Shown here piece by piece: positions 37,401-50,341 of a stretch of DNA of 64,000 nucleotides. The notes beneath the pieces are model-generated. The model was not told the origin of the DNA. It worked only from the letters and a program-made list of their open reading frames with translations, and did not search any database. The translations under genes and the position numbers were made by a program. Numbering within the stretch: position 1 is the first letter of the stretch; each line of letters begins with the position of its first letter. The stretch is from Lingula anatina (lineage: Eukaryota > Animalia > Brachiopoda), in assembly GCA_051362555.1 (NCBI GenBank), contig CM120642.1, positions 30,752,001 through 30,816,000 on the forward strand, in the 5' to 3' direction.

Positions 37401-38982
37401 CCACACGTTCCGAGTTCTTGCCCAGGTCCTGGACTACCAACCCAAGCAGCCTCCATACATACGACTGACGTGCCCTATGTGCCATTACTTGTAAGTATGT
37501 GGGGTCTGGAAAAACGGGTCATCTCTCTCTATCTCTTACACACACACTAAAAAAATAAAAAAGATTTATGAAATTGGTTTTATTTGAGCACAGATAGATC
37601 AGCAGCACCAGTAGTCCAATGAAATGTAATATTGTGCCTGTTTTTGTTTTCAAAGTTACGACCCACTTTCTGTCTAAAGTTTTCTTGTGAAGCACACCTC
37701 TTGACCCGTGTCATTTTTAATAGAAATGTAGTCAGTTTCAAACTGTATAAAAATACCATTCATTAGTGAATTTGAAGCTGTATATAAAGATGCCAGTGTA
37801 AAGGAGCACTTCTGGGCACTGTCAAGTGGTTTCTACTTTCGCTTTCACTTTTTCTGTGTAAACTACTTGCACTTATTTCCACCAGGGCGGTTCCAGACTC
37901 CAAATGGCTTTCGGAGCACGCTCCCAGCAGAGTACAGGATAAAGTTCCTTACTATTCCTGTCCTCAGTGTGACCAAAGGTCAATCTCAGCAGCAACCAGT
38001 TCCGAGTGGTCAGTAACCAGGGTGACCAGTGCCGGGACTGAAGTGACCAGCACAGATGGTCAGGTAGTGGTCAATGGGCAGGAACTAGAATATGTGTACA
38101 TGATGGAGTTTTTACTGGAGGATGGGACTGGCTGGCTGGTGGCTAGAATCTGGAAGCAGCATGCAGTAAGGGTTCATTGAGTGAAAAATATGAAACTGTT
38201 CTATATGTACACCTAGTCTAGAGATGTTATATGACCATTAGTGATATATACGCTTTATTTGGTTTAAGAGGCGTTTTTTTTTCCACCCAGTATTTATGTC
38301 AAATGATACACTATCACCCAAGTGATGTATGCCTTGAACACCTTTTGCTGATGCTCAGGCTGTTCTGACATATATCACTTTGTTGACAGTGTATTATCTC
38401 ACATATATCAGAGGCTTTATAGAAATACTTTTTAATTTGGGTTGATGCTGGGAGGCAAGAATCAGCTTAATTTTAGGTTTTGAATATACTGGAAACTGAT
38501 GCTTGATATAGAATTTGATTTTTAGAAAAATAATTTGAGTTAAAGAATGCACAAAAGATGTTCTTCTTGCTGTATTTGATCAGTTGATGCGTACTGTCTA
38601 CATCACAGACTTTAATTTGCAAGGACTAGCAGAAAAAGTAAATGTAAACCCAATCAGTTTTGTTATAATTCATTTAGGCAATGCATCTGTTCAGCCATAT
38701 AGTATAGTACTTAATTCTATCAATGAAATGATGTGGATAAAAAGTATTTTATTTCCTTTTATTCGTTAGGTCACTTTCCTAAATGACCTTCCTCCTGAAA
38801 CGCTCATCTGGCAGGAGGACGGATTAAAGTTTGTGGAAGGACAGTTAAAGGAATTGTCCCCAATGCCAGGAAGAAGTGAGCAAAAACCATGGCTGGAATG
38901 TTGTCTGCTGTCATACAATGGTCCAAATGGTGAACGGCTTTATCACATATTTGATACTACTTTGGCGTTGGACTGTTTGTAA
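30024..38982 (+). CDS. POT1: Protection of telomeres 1, full-length copy (~946 aa, with an extra N-terminal OB fold)
   Basis: 16 phase-consistent exons (30024-30161, 30423-30507, 30786-30856, 31220-31330, 31766-32197, 32491-32611, 33094-33233, 33674-33814, 34240-34353, 34649-34728, 35412-35541, 35976-36164, 36593-37034, 37337-37490, 37886-38165, 38770-38982; 2841 nt). OB1 [34 protein letters not shown]; OB2 [23 protein letters not shown]; C-terminus [23 protein letters not shown]. Confidence 0.93.
34364..34413. repeat. (GT)25 microsatellite just 3' of the POT1 exon 9 donor; (GT)17 at 45998 and (GT)19 at 62007 in the other copies
   Basis: Direct count of units. Confidence 0.95.
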
Positions 38983-39460
38983 TGTTTTAGCATTATTTAC
39001 ATAGCCTGAGATGGAAACGGGAATCTGACTGGCGCATTGTCAGCTAGGAGCTGTTCAGAATCACCTTGGTTTTTATATCTTCAGTATCATTTACTGTTTG
39101 TTGAACATATATCTAGTTCTATTCCAGTAATTAAATCCCCTCTCTATGCAGTTTATATAAACGAATGTGTTTGATGTTTAAAAAAAGAGCAGATAAACTC
39201 CAACATGCAGGTTTATGAGCTGATCAGAATGTTATTTATAAGTTGTTTATAAAAGAATGAAGACAGCATCACATTTTATATTCACATGTAACAAAGTTCA
39301 TGCCAAAGTTACCAGAAGTTTACAGATAGAAAGACCACATTTATACAACAATAGGCAAAAAGTATTGTTTATTTTTATGAGTTAATTCACATGTTCAGTT
39401 ATAAATAAAAGAGAATTATTAATAAAAAGATGATTTTTTCAATTTCTAGTACATAACCCA

Positions 39461-42400
39461 TCACGTTGCCTCACTTTTTTTCTTAAATCTATCAAGAACA
39501 CTTTTTGGTCCAAAGTAACGTTTATCATTTTTAAGTTTTTCTCTCTTATCTTCTTGCCGAAGCTGTACAATTTCTCTGATTGTCTCTTTCTTCTCCTGTT
39601 CCATTACACCCTTCTTCCTCTGTATGTGCTTCTTTCCTTTACTTTTGCCTTTCATTTTGTATTTTGGTTCAAAGTCTATTTTCTGGGGCTTCAGGAACTA
39701 TTGGAAATATAACAAATATAGTAAGCTTTACAACTGCATTGCGAATAACAATGATGAACTGAAATTTTTCAAACGTCTCTCTTTTTTTTTTTACAAAAAA
39801 GTTCAGCATAAAAAAGAGCAAGGGCAATATAAAATGTACATAATTACACTGTAAGTAATAACTGGTGTTTAAGTACAAAAAATGTAATTCTTTAACCATC
39901 CACGGACACTTTACTCGCCCTGCATGTTACCTTGATGGTTAGACCTTAAAGACACTTGTCAACACTTACAAGAAGTTTGTTCCTCTCTTCAATTTTTTCC
40001 TGGAGAGTTTTAGTGTCAATTTTCCCCAGAGCACCCGTATCCAAACTGATCATATCTGGTTGTATCTGAAATGAAAACCCATCTTGTTTGTAGTTTAGCA
40101 AAAATTATTTGTGTCACTAAATCAATACAATAAATGTTGTTTGTCTGAATGAATTTGCCACAAAAACAATTTACTACACACATTGTTCTGTGCTATATTT
40201 TTCAAGAGCACCGTCTTAAACAAATCCCTGACTCAATCTCAGAGCAAGGATGTGAAAAAAATTAATAACTCAAGAGCTCTCAACAATTAATTTTTGGAGC
40301 AGGAAAAACTCGGGTTTTATGAAAACTCCATCCCACTGAGCACTGATAACAACACCACTGACCCTGTAACTATCTCTATACACAAGTTCCCACAAATATA
40401 GAAAAATAAATAATAAAATTGGAAAGCTTAATAGGGTAAACAGGAAATTCAGCACAAAAATAATGACAAAAAAATCTAACAAAAATCTCTCTGTCCCCTT
40501 CATACCTTTTCCAGCAACATTTTGACTTCTGCCTGCCTTCTCTGTTGTTTTGTTTGGTATGGGTTGGTCTCTAGAGCATCATAATTGGCCTCTCCAGCAC
40601 CTGGGGGTAAGATATAATAACATTTGGTTCATCAACTCTTCTTGATACATGGTAATAGTAATCCCTGCTTTGTTGAGAATCCTTTATAAATACAGCAACA
40701 GTCGATTCAATCGAATCCCTTTTAATTAGAATAACTCCTCCCTCCCTCTCTCTCTATCTCTCTCACACACACACGCCCGCACACACACAAGCTTATTAAG
40801 TCTAGTATTACCACTAATTCCTATTAATCCACCACTTTACCTGGCACAAGTAAACTAGAGAAGCCGTTCCCATGTCCCACTCCAAGGACATCTTCATATG
40901 GACAGAACTGCAGGTTGGCAACAGGACTCCTCAGTCTGTGAGACAGGTATGGCTTTGTCATGGTGTGTCTACAACAGTCCTGGTACACCTGTGAAAAAAA
41001 TTATACGGAATGTATGAGTAAGACCACAGCCAGATGTTAAAATGTACCTAGGCAAACCATCAACTTCTAGGGTAAATGGGGAGGAGGGGATGTTCTAACA
41101 GGATGGAAGAAACATCAATGCTTCACCTAACCGTATGCCATTCCTCTAAAATATTCATCAGAGTTAATGTGTCAATGTTAGTTTCAAATTACAAGCTTAA
41201 GGTTTGCACCTAATAGAACCCTCTACAAAAATGGCCTAGATTTGCAAAACTGCAGAAGAAAATAAAATGAACGAGCTGTAGACGTGTGCCGCATAAAAAA
41301 GTAGGAAAAACCTGATACCTCTACAACATTCCCTATGCCAGCTGCGAGGACATCTTTCTGACTGAAGGCAAGATGGCCGGCCCCAGCAGATATCCTGTAG
41401 TTTTGGAGAGGTTTGAACATCCTCATGTCCCAGATCTTCAGATATCTGTCCACACCAGATGTGGCCATGTAGCTACAGGATTACACATATTAATAATTTT
41501 TCATATATTCGTAAGTTTCAAGGTTTATTAAGACCATCAGATATTTAATTGGAGTAATTTTCATACTTACACTGTTTTGTCCATCACTGAATTTATATTG
41601 GCTGTAAATGCGCCACACTGGCCTTATAAGAATTATCAACAAGGCAAGTCCAGCACTAGTTGAGACAAGGTAATTTTTTTTCATTAAAAACAGCAAATTA
41701 AAGTTTGCTTTTTTGTTTCTAAATATAACTTGGAAAATACTGTATACTTTATATTTTATAGCTATCAACAGGACTAGTTGGCCTCCTTTACAAGATTGTA
41801 TTCACATCCATAATAGGGTGGTTGTGTAGAAATAGGTACAAAATTACATAAACACAACTTACATTCCTTTGTTATTGACAGCCACAGATCTCACTCCCCC
41901 ACCATGACACAACATCTTCACCAGAGGTTCCTTCACATTGGGGGACCACAGGGAAACTGTGCCTGAAATTATTTCCGATTTTTAAAACCAAAACTCTTTT
42001 CCCATTTGAACACTCCATGGTATGGTGTTTCAAATGCTGCAGTGTTTTAATCTTTCCAAAATAATCTATGCACTTGAAATGGAGATATGAAATCTGGAAT
42101 AAGTGCTTACAAACCAACAGTTACTTTAAATTTTGGTAAACAACCTCTGCTTACTTAACCATGCACAAAGATCTAAGATTACATACAGGTATTATTTAAA
42201 CATTCACATAAAAAGCTATGATATATGCTAATGGGTTGAGAATCCCAAAGTTGACTGCATTACCTCCAGCGTGGCCCAGATGTATGATTGCATTGTGGGG
42301 ATTCTGGCACATGACGTCAAGGCGACCAAGGTGCACGGGTTTGGAATCCAGCTACTTTCTGGCCAATAGACACATCCAGGTAGGAAAGATAGCCCTTGGC

Positions 42401-43600
42401 ATTCTAAAACAAACAAACAAACAATTAAAAAACCTAAACTTGAATAGAGATCTTTTATAACAATGCTTTCTCAGTGCGTGTGTTCAAATATTTCAAACAC
42501 TTTATCTCAGCACTAATGTTCTTAAAATATCTGATACTTCCCCCAAAGACTATACATAAACTCAAATATATTTATCAATTTGTTTAGAATAGGGCTTTAA
42601 AATCAACAGGTTTGTTATGATCATAACCTTGCTACTGCTTGGCAGTAATTATTTGCTCCTGCTAATTTCAAGAGACTGTACCCCGCTCCTCAAAGAAAGT
42701 ATAGGCTTAGGGCATATCATAAATATTTATGTAAAAAACAATCATAAAATACATGAAATGTTCTTCACACTTTATTGAGATATTCTTGAAAGTCCCACTA
42801 CTTACAGCTGACGCCAGAAGGAAATGGTAAGGAAGAAACTCCATTCTGAGTACACAGTCCAGAGCCTTCAAACAGTGCAGCTCTATCCCCTGGTTATCAT
42901 AGATATATGTCCACTGTTTCTGAGCTACTGCAAACATGGTCTCAATGTGCAACCACCTGAAATGTGAACATATTAAACTCTCTGTGCTGTTTATAATACC
43001 ATGACACAATTCTAAGTTGAAAGCGGTTTCTCAATCACCCATCACTGGAATGAAAAAAAGGGACATCACTGGGACGAAAAAAAAAGGGAAGTTTGGCATA
43101 GACAAATGATGTTTTATGGCAACGGTTTTCTTTTTTCTTTCTTAATCAATAAACAAATCTATGAAGATATTTTTTCTCAAAGAGTTTTTAATATTCCTAT
43201 TGAACACTTTTTTATTCAACTGATTTTCATAAATAGGGCACCTGTTATGTTTACATTTGACAAACTCTTACCAATATTTTTCAATAGACTGTTAAACTGA
43301 TGACTACTGGCACAAAATGTAAAATGTTCCAAAACAATATATAACACCATGAGAGTAAAAAAAAAAATTGGTTATAAAAGATTGGAAAAATTTATCCATT
43401 GAATAAGACGCATAAACTCAACCAAATCTCATGATATTGTGATGATGCAGAACCTCTTACTTGACATCTTGGGCTGTCTCCATGACATTCATCTCACACA
43501 TAAGTTTCTTGGTCTGCCAGTCCATGGCAGCTACGTGACCCTTCCTGCCAGCTATCAGCAGAAACCTGCCGTTTCTGGTGTAGTTCATTCTGTACGGACC
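39461..43600 (-). pseudogene. WDR46: WDR46 (BING4/Utp7) 3' half, 5'-truncated and frameshifted
   Basis: Exons encode [85 protein letters not shown] and end KSVLDRFKKKSEAT*. It starts mid-exon at the duplication junction and has a frameshift near 42331-42334. Confidence 0.92.
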
Positions 43601-45995
43601 AGATCAAATAGAAATAATACTGATAAAAACCCAGGAAATCGCCCTGTTGATTGTCAAGGAAGAGCAGAAGCAACTGTCAGCAAACAAAACACAACTGTCT
43701 CCCCAGAAAGACCTGTTAAAAAGCTGAAGGTCAGCGCATCAGTTCTTGGAGTAAACAAATCTGTTGAAATTATATAAGATGTTTGAAAAGAAATGTATGA
43801 TTAAACAATTGTTTTGAGACACAAAATTATAGTTGAATCTTGAACTTGAGTGACAATACACTGCACTTTGCATGCAGCCAAACATGCACACTCTGGGGTA
43901 GCGCTAGCACTCGCCAATTTAGCCAAATGCTAAAACTGACTTAATTGGCTAAAGAAAAAGGGCTTGATTTGACATGTTTAAGCCAAATTATAACCATTTT
44001 GGTAACAAATTGACAAAAATGTGGTGATTTGGCTAAGCGAAAAAAATTGCTAGCGCTACCCCAGACACTTATAAGAAACTTCTATGCACCAGAGTTCAGA
44101 TAAAGATAATTCATTTAGAAGAATGTTGATATTTATTTTTGTGGAACTCTGTAATTTGAGGTTAAATTTAACATGTATTCTTGTGTCCTGTGGTTCCAGG
44201 TTGGTGAAACGAACAGGAAGTACACGTACGTCCCTCTGAGTAAACTGACCAGAGGAGCCACAGTGGATGTTTACGCCGTGGTCAAGTTTTTCAAACCACC
44301 CACTAAGACACGAGGTTCAGGTAAAGTTTATAATACAGTTAATCCCAAATTGAAGATATGCCGTTCTAAAAAAATGGAACATTGATTCACTGGAAGATCC
44401 ATACAATGAAGTGGCAAACAAGAGACGTTTATCTCTCCACTTTTAGGGGATCTAATGCTCCTGGAACTTAGGTGTCATCTTTGTTTTTGTGCCTTGTTTC
44501 TGTGGCTAGATTTTTCTTACAGGAATGCAGTTTGTGCTAAGATAATGCATAAATTATTTACTTGAAAGATTGTAGGTTCCTTTTGGTTAGTGTAATTTAA
44601 AGATTTTTTGGAATCAGCAATTTAAAACATACCTTTGTCTAGTTGCAGGGAAGATACTTAATTTATGGTAATAGCAAAAACACTGTCCTCAGTCTTTTAT
44701 TAATCAACAGACATACATGTAGTGTGTGAAGTGGGTTTCACAGTTTTGGACAAACAGACTTATCTTATGCTATTCAGACTACTACATGGTACTTTCCTTG
44801 GTGGATCCATCTCTAGCAGACAAGGAGAAAATCAAATGCATTTTGTTTGCAAAGAGCGCTACAGATTTACCGCCTGTCCAGACTGAGGGAGAAATAGTCA
44901 GGATGCATAGACTGAAGGTAGTGAGACTGTTGTGTATATTATGACAATACTCCTTTATCTCATTAAAACATCATCCAGTATTGATTTAATTTTTTTTTTC
45001 TTGGTGGATTAATGTCTGTTATAGATATTCATGCTTTGTGCAGGTTGTTGGAAACATTTGTCAGCATGTTTTTATGAAGACATTTAAAACATTTTGATAT
45101 TTCATGGTTTCTCAACTCAGTTTGGGTAGCTTTTGACAAATGATTTCTGTATTTAGATAAAAAAATCAAAAAATGAAAATGAAAATCAATTGAAAATACA
45201 AAATTCTTAATGTATGCTTTAGCCAGACCCAATAATTTTTAACATGTATGAAAAGAAAACATTCAGAGTGTGCTAATGTGATCAGAAAAGCTCAAAATAT
45301 GATTGCTTGCTCTATACTTTATATGCCCAGTAAACATTTGTGTCCGTTGCAGATTGGGACTTTTAATGGGGAATTACAAGGACAGAACGGGCCAGGCTTC
45401 TCCTGTATTGTTTTCTCTGCTGACCTGGAGGATCCCATTGAACCTAAGTCCACCACCAGGGGGTACACTCTGACTGACCAAGACAGGCTGAAGGTATGTG
45501 TGTAATTATGAGCAGCCTTAAGGTGATTAAATGTGATTTTGGTATTGTAATGTTATCTTTTGTTATGTTATGTGTTATATTCACCTAGTCTCCTTTTTGT
45601 ATCTCCGTTGAATTTAATGCACTGTGTAAACATGCACACATGCACAATCTTGTTACCCTTTTTGTACACACTATGTACATAATTAAATAGAATAAATGTC
45701 CTGTGTGCTTAACAGTTACTTTGAGGAATTTGTTCTTAAAATATTAGTATTTAATTGCAGCACTTGCAATGTGAGTCCACAACTAGGAGTAAGATAACTG
45801 ATTGTAGATTAATATTGTAAATGGAGATGATAAAATAAATATTTATTATCACTTGCATAATTGCGTACTTCAGGTGGAGGAGCTTAGAGAATGGTCTTTA
45901 CAAGGGGAATGTTTCAGTCAAGAAAGGGATAACAGGTGCACTCTGGGAGAATGTGTGGTCGGCCAGTACTTTGATTTGTTGTGCCAGGTAATCAG

Positions 45996-46033
<38 letters not shown>

Positions 46034-49000
46034 CATTGTACATGGGAGGAAAATGGTCTCAATCTGTCATAAAGGCCTCTTACCAATCCTCGACTTAAGT
46101 CATCATCACATTATTAAAATTTTCACTAGTTTCTCAAGTTGTTGGTGGGTTATGAGAAGTTTTCTGTCAGTTTTTAACTATCGTCATGTGACGGAGCAAT
46201 CACGTTGTAGATAAAGTGTACTAAACTATGGCTGTGCTATTTCGAATAGTTTCATATTTCAGGTAGTTGGTATTGGAGAGATAGAGGTGGAGATTGGCAG
46301 GTGTGTTTTACTACAGGTGTGGGATGGGACTAAGATGTCCAGGTAAGTCTTCACACCTTAAAATATATATTGGGAATTTATCATGTCACATCACCTGAAG
46401 CTTTTGGGGACTAACTTTTGCCCTTCTTGCCAAGATGTTGTGCTGTGAGATGGGGGGGGGGGGGGGGAGTTGCTGTCTTGTGACTGTTCACATCACACTT
46501 TTTTTGGTGATATATGACTTTGATAAAAAATTCTCCTAACCTTAATAATTTTCTGTTCATATCTATTTTAAATTGTAAGTTTACTATCAGTTAAAGGGAG
46601 CACATACAAAATGAACAGAATTCTAAGTTTAACATAATGCCTGCAGAGGTTCATTTTAAATTCATACCTGCAAAATGATCAGAGAATTTGGCATAGTTGT
46701 GTTGTCAGCTCTACTAGAACATGTATGTGTTTTTACTGCACACCTCATAATGACAGTTTACTTTGTTCTCACATATTTTTTATAACTATTGAACTGTTAA
46801 GCAATGTACATGTTTTAGAGTTATGTCTTACTGACCCAAGATTTTTTTCTTTTTTTTTTCTTTTTTAGGAAGACTGACTTTTGTGTGACAGTGCCTTCTT
46901 GTTCTTCAACAACTTGCAATTAGTTCTTCGATTCCACATCACTTTCAGATAATATACTGATCTCAGGACCATTTTGTCTTTTTTTTCTTTGTATTTACAG
47001 CCCCTATCATAAGTGTGATATTGCAAAGGAAGACATTCACATAGATGAGCAACTTACAGAAAGAGTCCTGGACTTCATTGTTGATGTCTATGTATTTGAT
47101 GACCATGTGCCTGTTGCTCAAAAGTTAAAGGTGAGAAAAAGATGGTCTAAACAGTAGATGTCTCAGTTCTCTCAGAATACTGCAAATGAGTCTCAAGAGA
47201 CCAAAACTGTCGGCATGTAGTGTGTGAAAAAATTGGTGGGTATTTACAAATTATATACAGTAGTATTGGGGTTTCTGTCTTATTGGAACCAGTTGTCAGA
47301 TTTGTCAGCTTTACCGATTCTCTTCTACTGTTTTTTTTTCTTTTTTTTTTTTACATTAGCTCTGTGGGCAGCCTCTCATTTTATTGATATGAACAGACAT
47401 ATTTTCAAGTAATTTTCCATTTTTGTCAGCCAAATTAAATTATCTGTAGCATTTGAGTTAGTTACAGGAGTATATATGTTAGCATTGGCTCAGGTTCGCA
47501 TTAATAGAAACTGTAATCATTATTACACTAATGTTTTTCTGTATTCTTAGCCTGGTCAGTTTATCATGCTGAAGAATCTCCATGCTGCTATGTATAAGGA
47601 TGAAGACACCCGTCCCGAGTTGAGTGCTGTCCCCACCATAGAACTCTGTCTGCACAAGGGGACATCATATGGCCGAGGAATAATCGTCATGGCTGAAGGC
47701 AGCGGGGAAGTGACCTGTTTAAAAGACATTATGAATGGGGTATGACCTTTCTAGGACTTGTGCCTTTTTTTCCAACAGATCTACTGAAAGTGTCATTTAT
47801 GAACAGGTCAACATTTGGTGACATTTTTATTTCTTCGCTTACTAAGAGTGCTCTCAGGCAGACTGACTAATACCAGAAATAGACATATTTACACAGTAGA
47901 ACAACAGGTACCAAAGACCCCCAACATGGACGAGGCATTGAAAGCAAACAACCTTGTTCTGTTAACTTTTCTAGGACCTGTCTTAGTCTAATTGTAGGCA
48001 TGTCTTTATGGTGGAGATTTACTATTGATGAGCTGTTGTTAAAGGACAACTCAGTGGGTTAGATTAATGTATAGAAGCAGGTTCTATGTAAAACTTTGAT
48101 CAGATTTGTGTTTTGGGAGATTGTTAAGTGCCAGTTTTTTTAAGCACCAGACAAGTGCGGCAAGGTGAGGGTTCACAGAATTTGACCTTATTGGGCTGAA
48201 ATACTTGCCTGAGGACCCTTTTAACTTCTGCCAAATGTTATGCCATAAAACTGTATTTCAGGGGATTTATGCCCAATTTTCTGTTTTTCCAGCTTTCGAA
48301 GCAGATTTTCAGTTATCATACACGTCACTCATATATATGCTTATTATACTGTTATCTAGTGATATATTTACTATGTACATATATGGTGTATTTTGTTGAT
48401 CAATATTCTTCCCCCCAAGACATTCAAACTAAAAATATAACCCACCTTGTCCACACTGTACCCATTTTTTTTACCCCACCCCCCAAAACTAAGTTTACGC
48501 ATGGCGATTTTCAGAGGGTCATATACCCACTAGTAGAGGTCCTATGGCTGTCAAACCAGTATGGGTTTGTAAAGGAACATTAAAAATATAAAGTACAAAG
48601 GAGATCCTCATGGCCTTTTCTTTTGTTGGCGATATATTTTAATATTAAAATATCCGAAAATTGTAAAATTTGGATGGGTGTTGCTCTTGTCTTGGCCAGT
48701 AATACCTGCTCAATTACTCTAATCACGGCAGAATTGAACAATAGACTTTACAAGAATAGGCAATGGTCCTATAACAGAGCCTACCTTTGGGATTTAAACT
48801 GTCATATTCATATTTTGATGACTTGTGATCGAAATTTATGTAGCTTTGGTCAAGACATAAACCCTTTTCAACCTGCTACTTGGCCTCAAGTTTTTACCCT
48901 TTGCTCAATAGCTTCCATCTCGATTGTACACCTGGGAATGGTATTCCCTGTAATACTATAGCTTACAAAATTAATTAAAAATATTTTTAGTCTAATAAAT

Positions 49001-50309
49001 TTAATTATTCAGAAAATAAAACGACAAACAACCCACATTTTTCTTACATTTAATCATATAAAGAAAACTGTATTCCTTTAACATTTCTTTTGATCTACTA
49101 CTTCAACAATTATTGGACATAAGTGGGCACCAATCACACACACAACTTTTAATCAATCAACAATGTTTCATAATGCATAATCATCTCTTTATTGGATCTT
49201 TAAAGTTAAAGTATAAATAAGCAAATTATTTGGAAGTGTAGCAAACAATTCAAATCTTCAAACTGGAAAATACTTATTACCAATAACTTAATAAATGGGT
49301 GGAAGGCATTGTAACTGCCATTCAAGACTACTGTCACCCTTAACTGAATAAGACACCGACAAAGTTTTGACTCAAGATTTAAGTGAATGTTTCAAAAAAA
49401 AAAAGTACACTTGATTTTCATTCTACAAAAACATCAAAGTAATGCAAATCTATATTATCCAACTGAATCCCCTTCCTGAGAAGAATGAAGAAATAAGTTG
49501 AATTTATGTAATGGTGTAATTCATGGATTATTTTGCACTACTCAGGACCAGGAACATACATGTATATTGCTGCTTTCAAATATATAAGTCAAACTGATCT
49601 TTTGCTCCAAGGAATAAAAATATGATATTCAATATCAATATCTCAGTAAGATCTTATCCCATTTAAAGGTGGCATTCACGGATATCTTCAGTAAAATGAA
49701 ACAGAAAAAAGCAGACATGATCCTAGGTTTCAAAAAAAAAAAAAAAAAAGAACTCCGAACATTTATCACGGGACTCAACACCTAAGCGGCCAGAGGTCCG
49801 GGACACCTTGAATTGAATTTAAAAATGCGGAATTCCACGTTTCTGGGGCAAAAATTCATGTCTGAAAAGCTCCTTGTAAAAAAAGGTCATCGAAAAGTGT
49901 CAGTTTTCATCATTTAATGAAGCTCCCATAAATGACTTTACTTCCTAATGGGGGATCTCCTTGCTACTTGCTTGGATCATCATGGCTGACATTAGCTATC
50001 TGTCAGGTCATTGGTGTCCTTCCACTGTAGATACAAATACTTGTTCAAAGTAGATAAACATCAAAAATACATTTTAGTCTGTTGGGCAGTAAGTCAATCC
50101 TCTTCACAAAACTTCTTTTTCGGGTGCTTGGATTAATCACTTTATTTTCTTTGCCATATATCTGATTCCTTGCTGCTCTTTCTGACCAGTCTCCAAACAT
50201 CTTCTAGCTAAAATAATAACAAAAATTTATTCTTTAATCTACTGAATGGTTATAATTTTCAACCAACAAAATTTACCATGAAACCCTATTTTCTGCTACA
50301 ACTAAGCTT

Positions 50310-50341
<32 letters not shown>

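Noticed and set aside
38983-39460. Overlapping POT1/WDR46 3' UTRs (AATAAA at 39404 on +, 39368-39373 on -)
   Set aside because: An earlier ATTAAA near 39130 could end POT1 first; undecidable without 3'-end data
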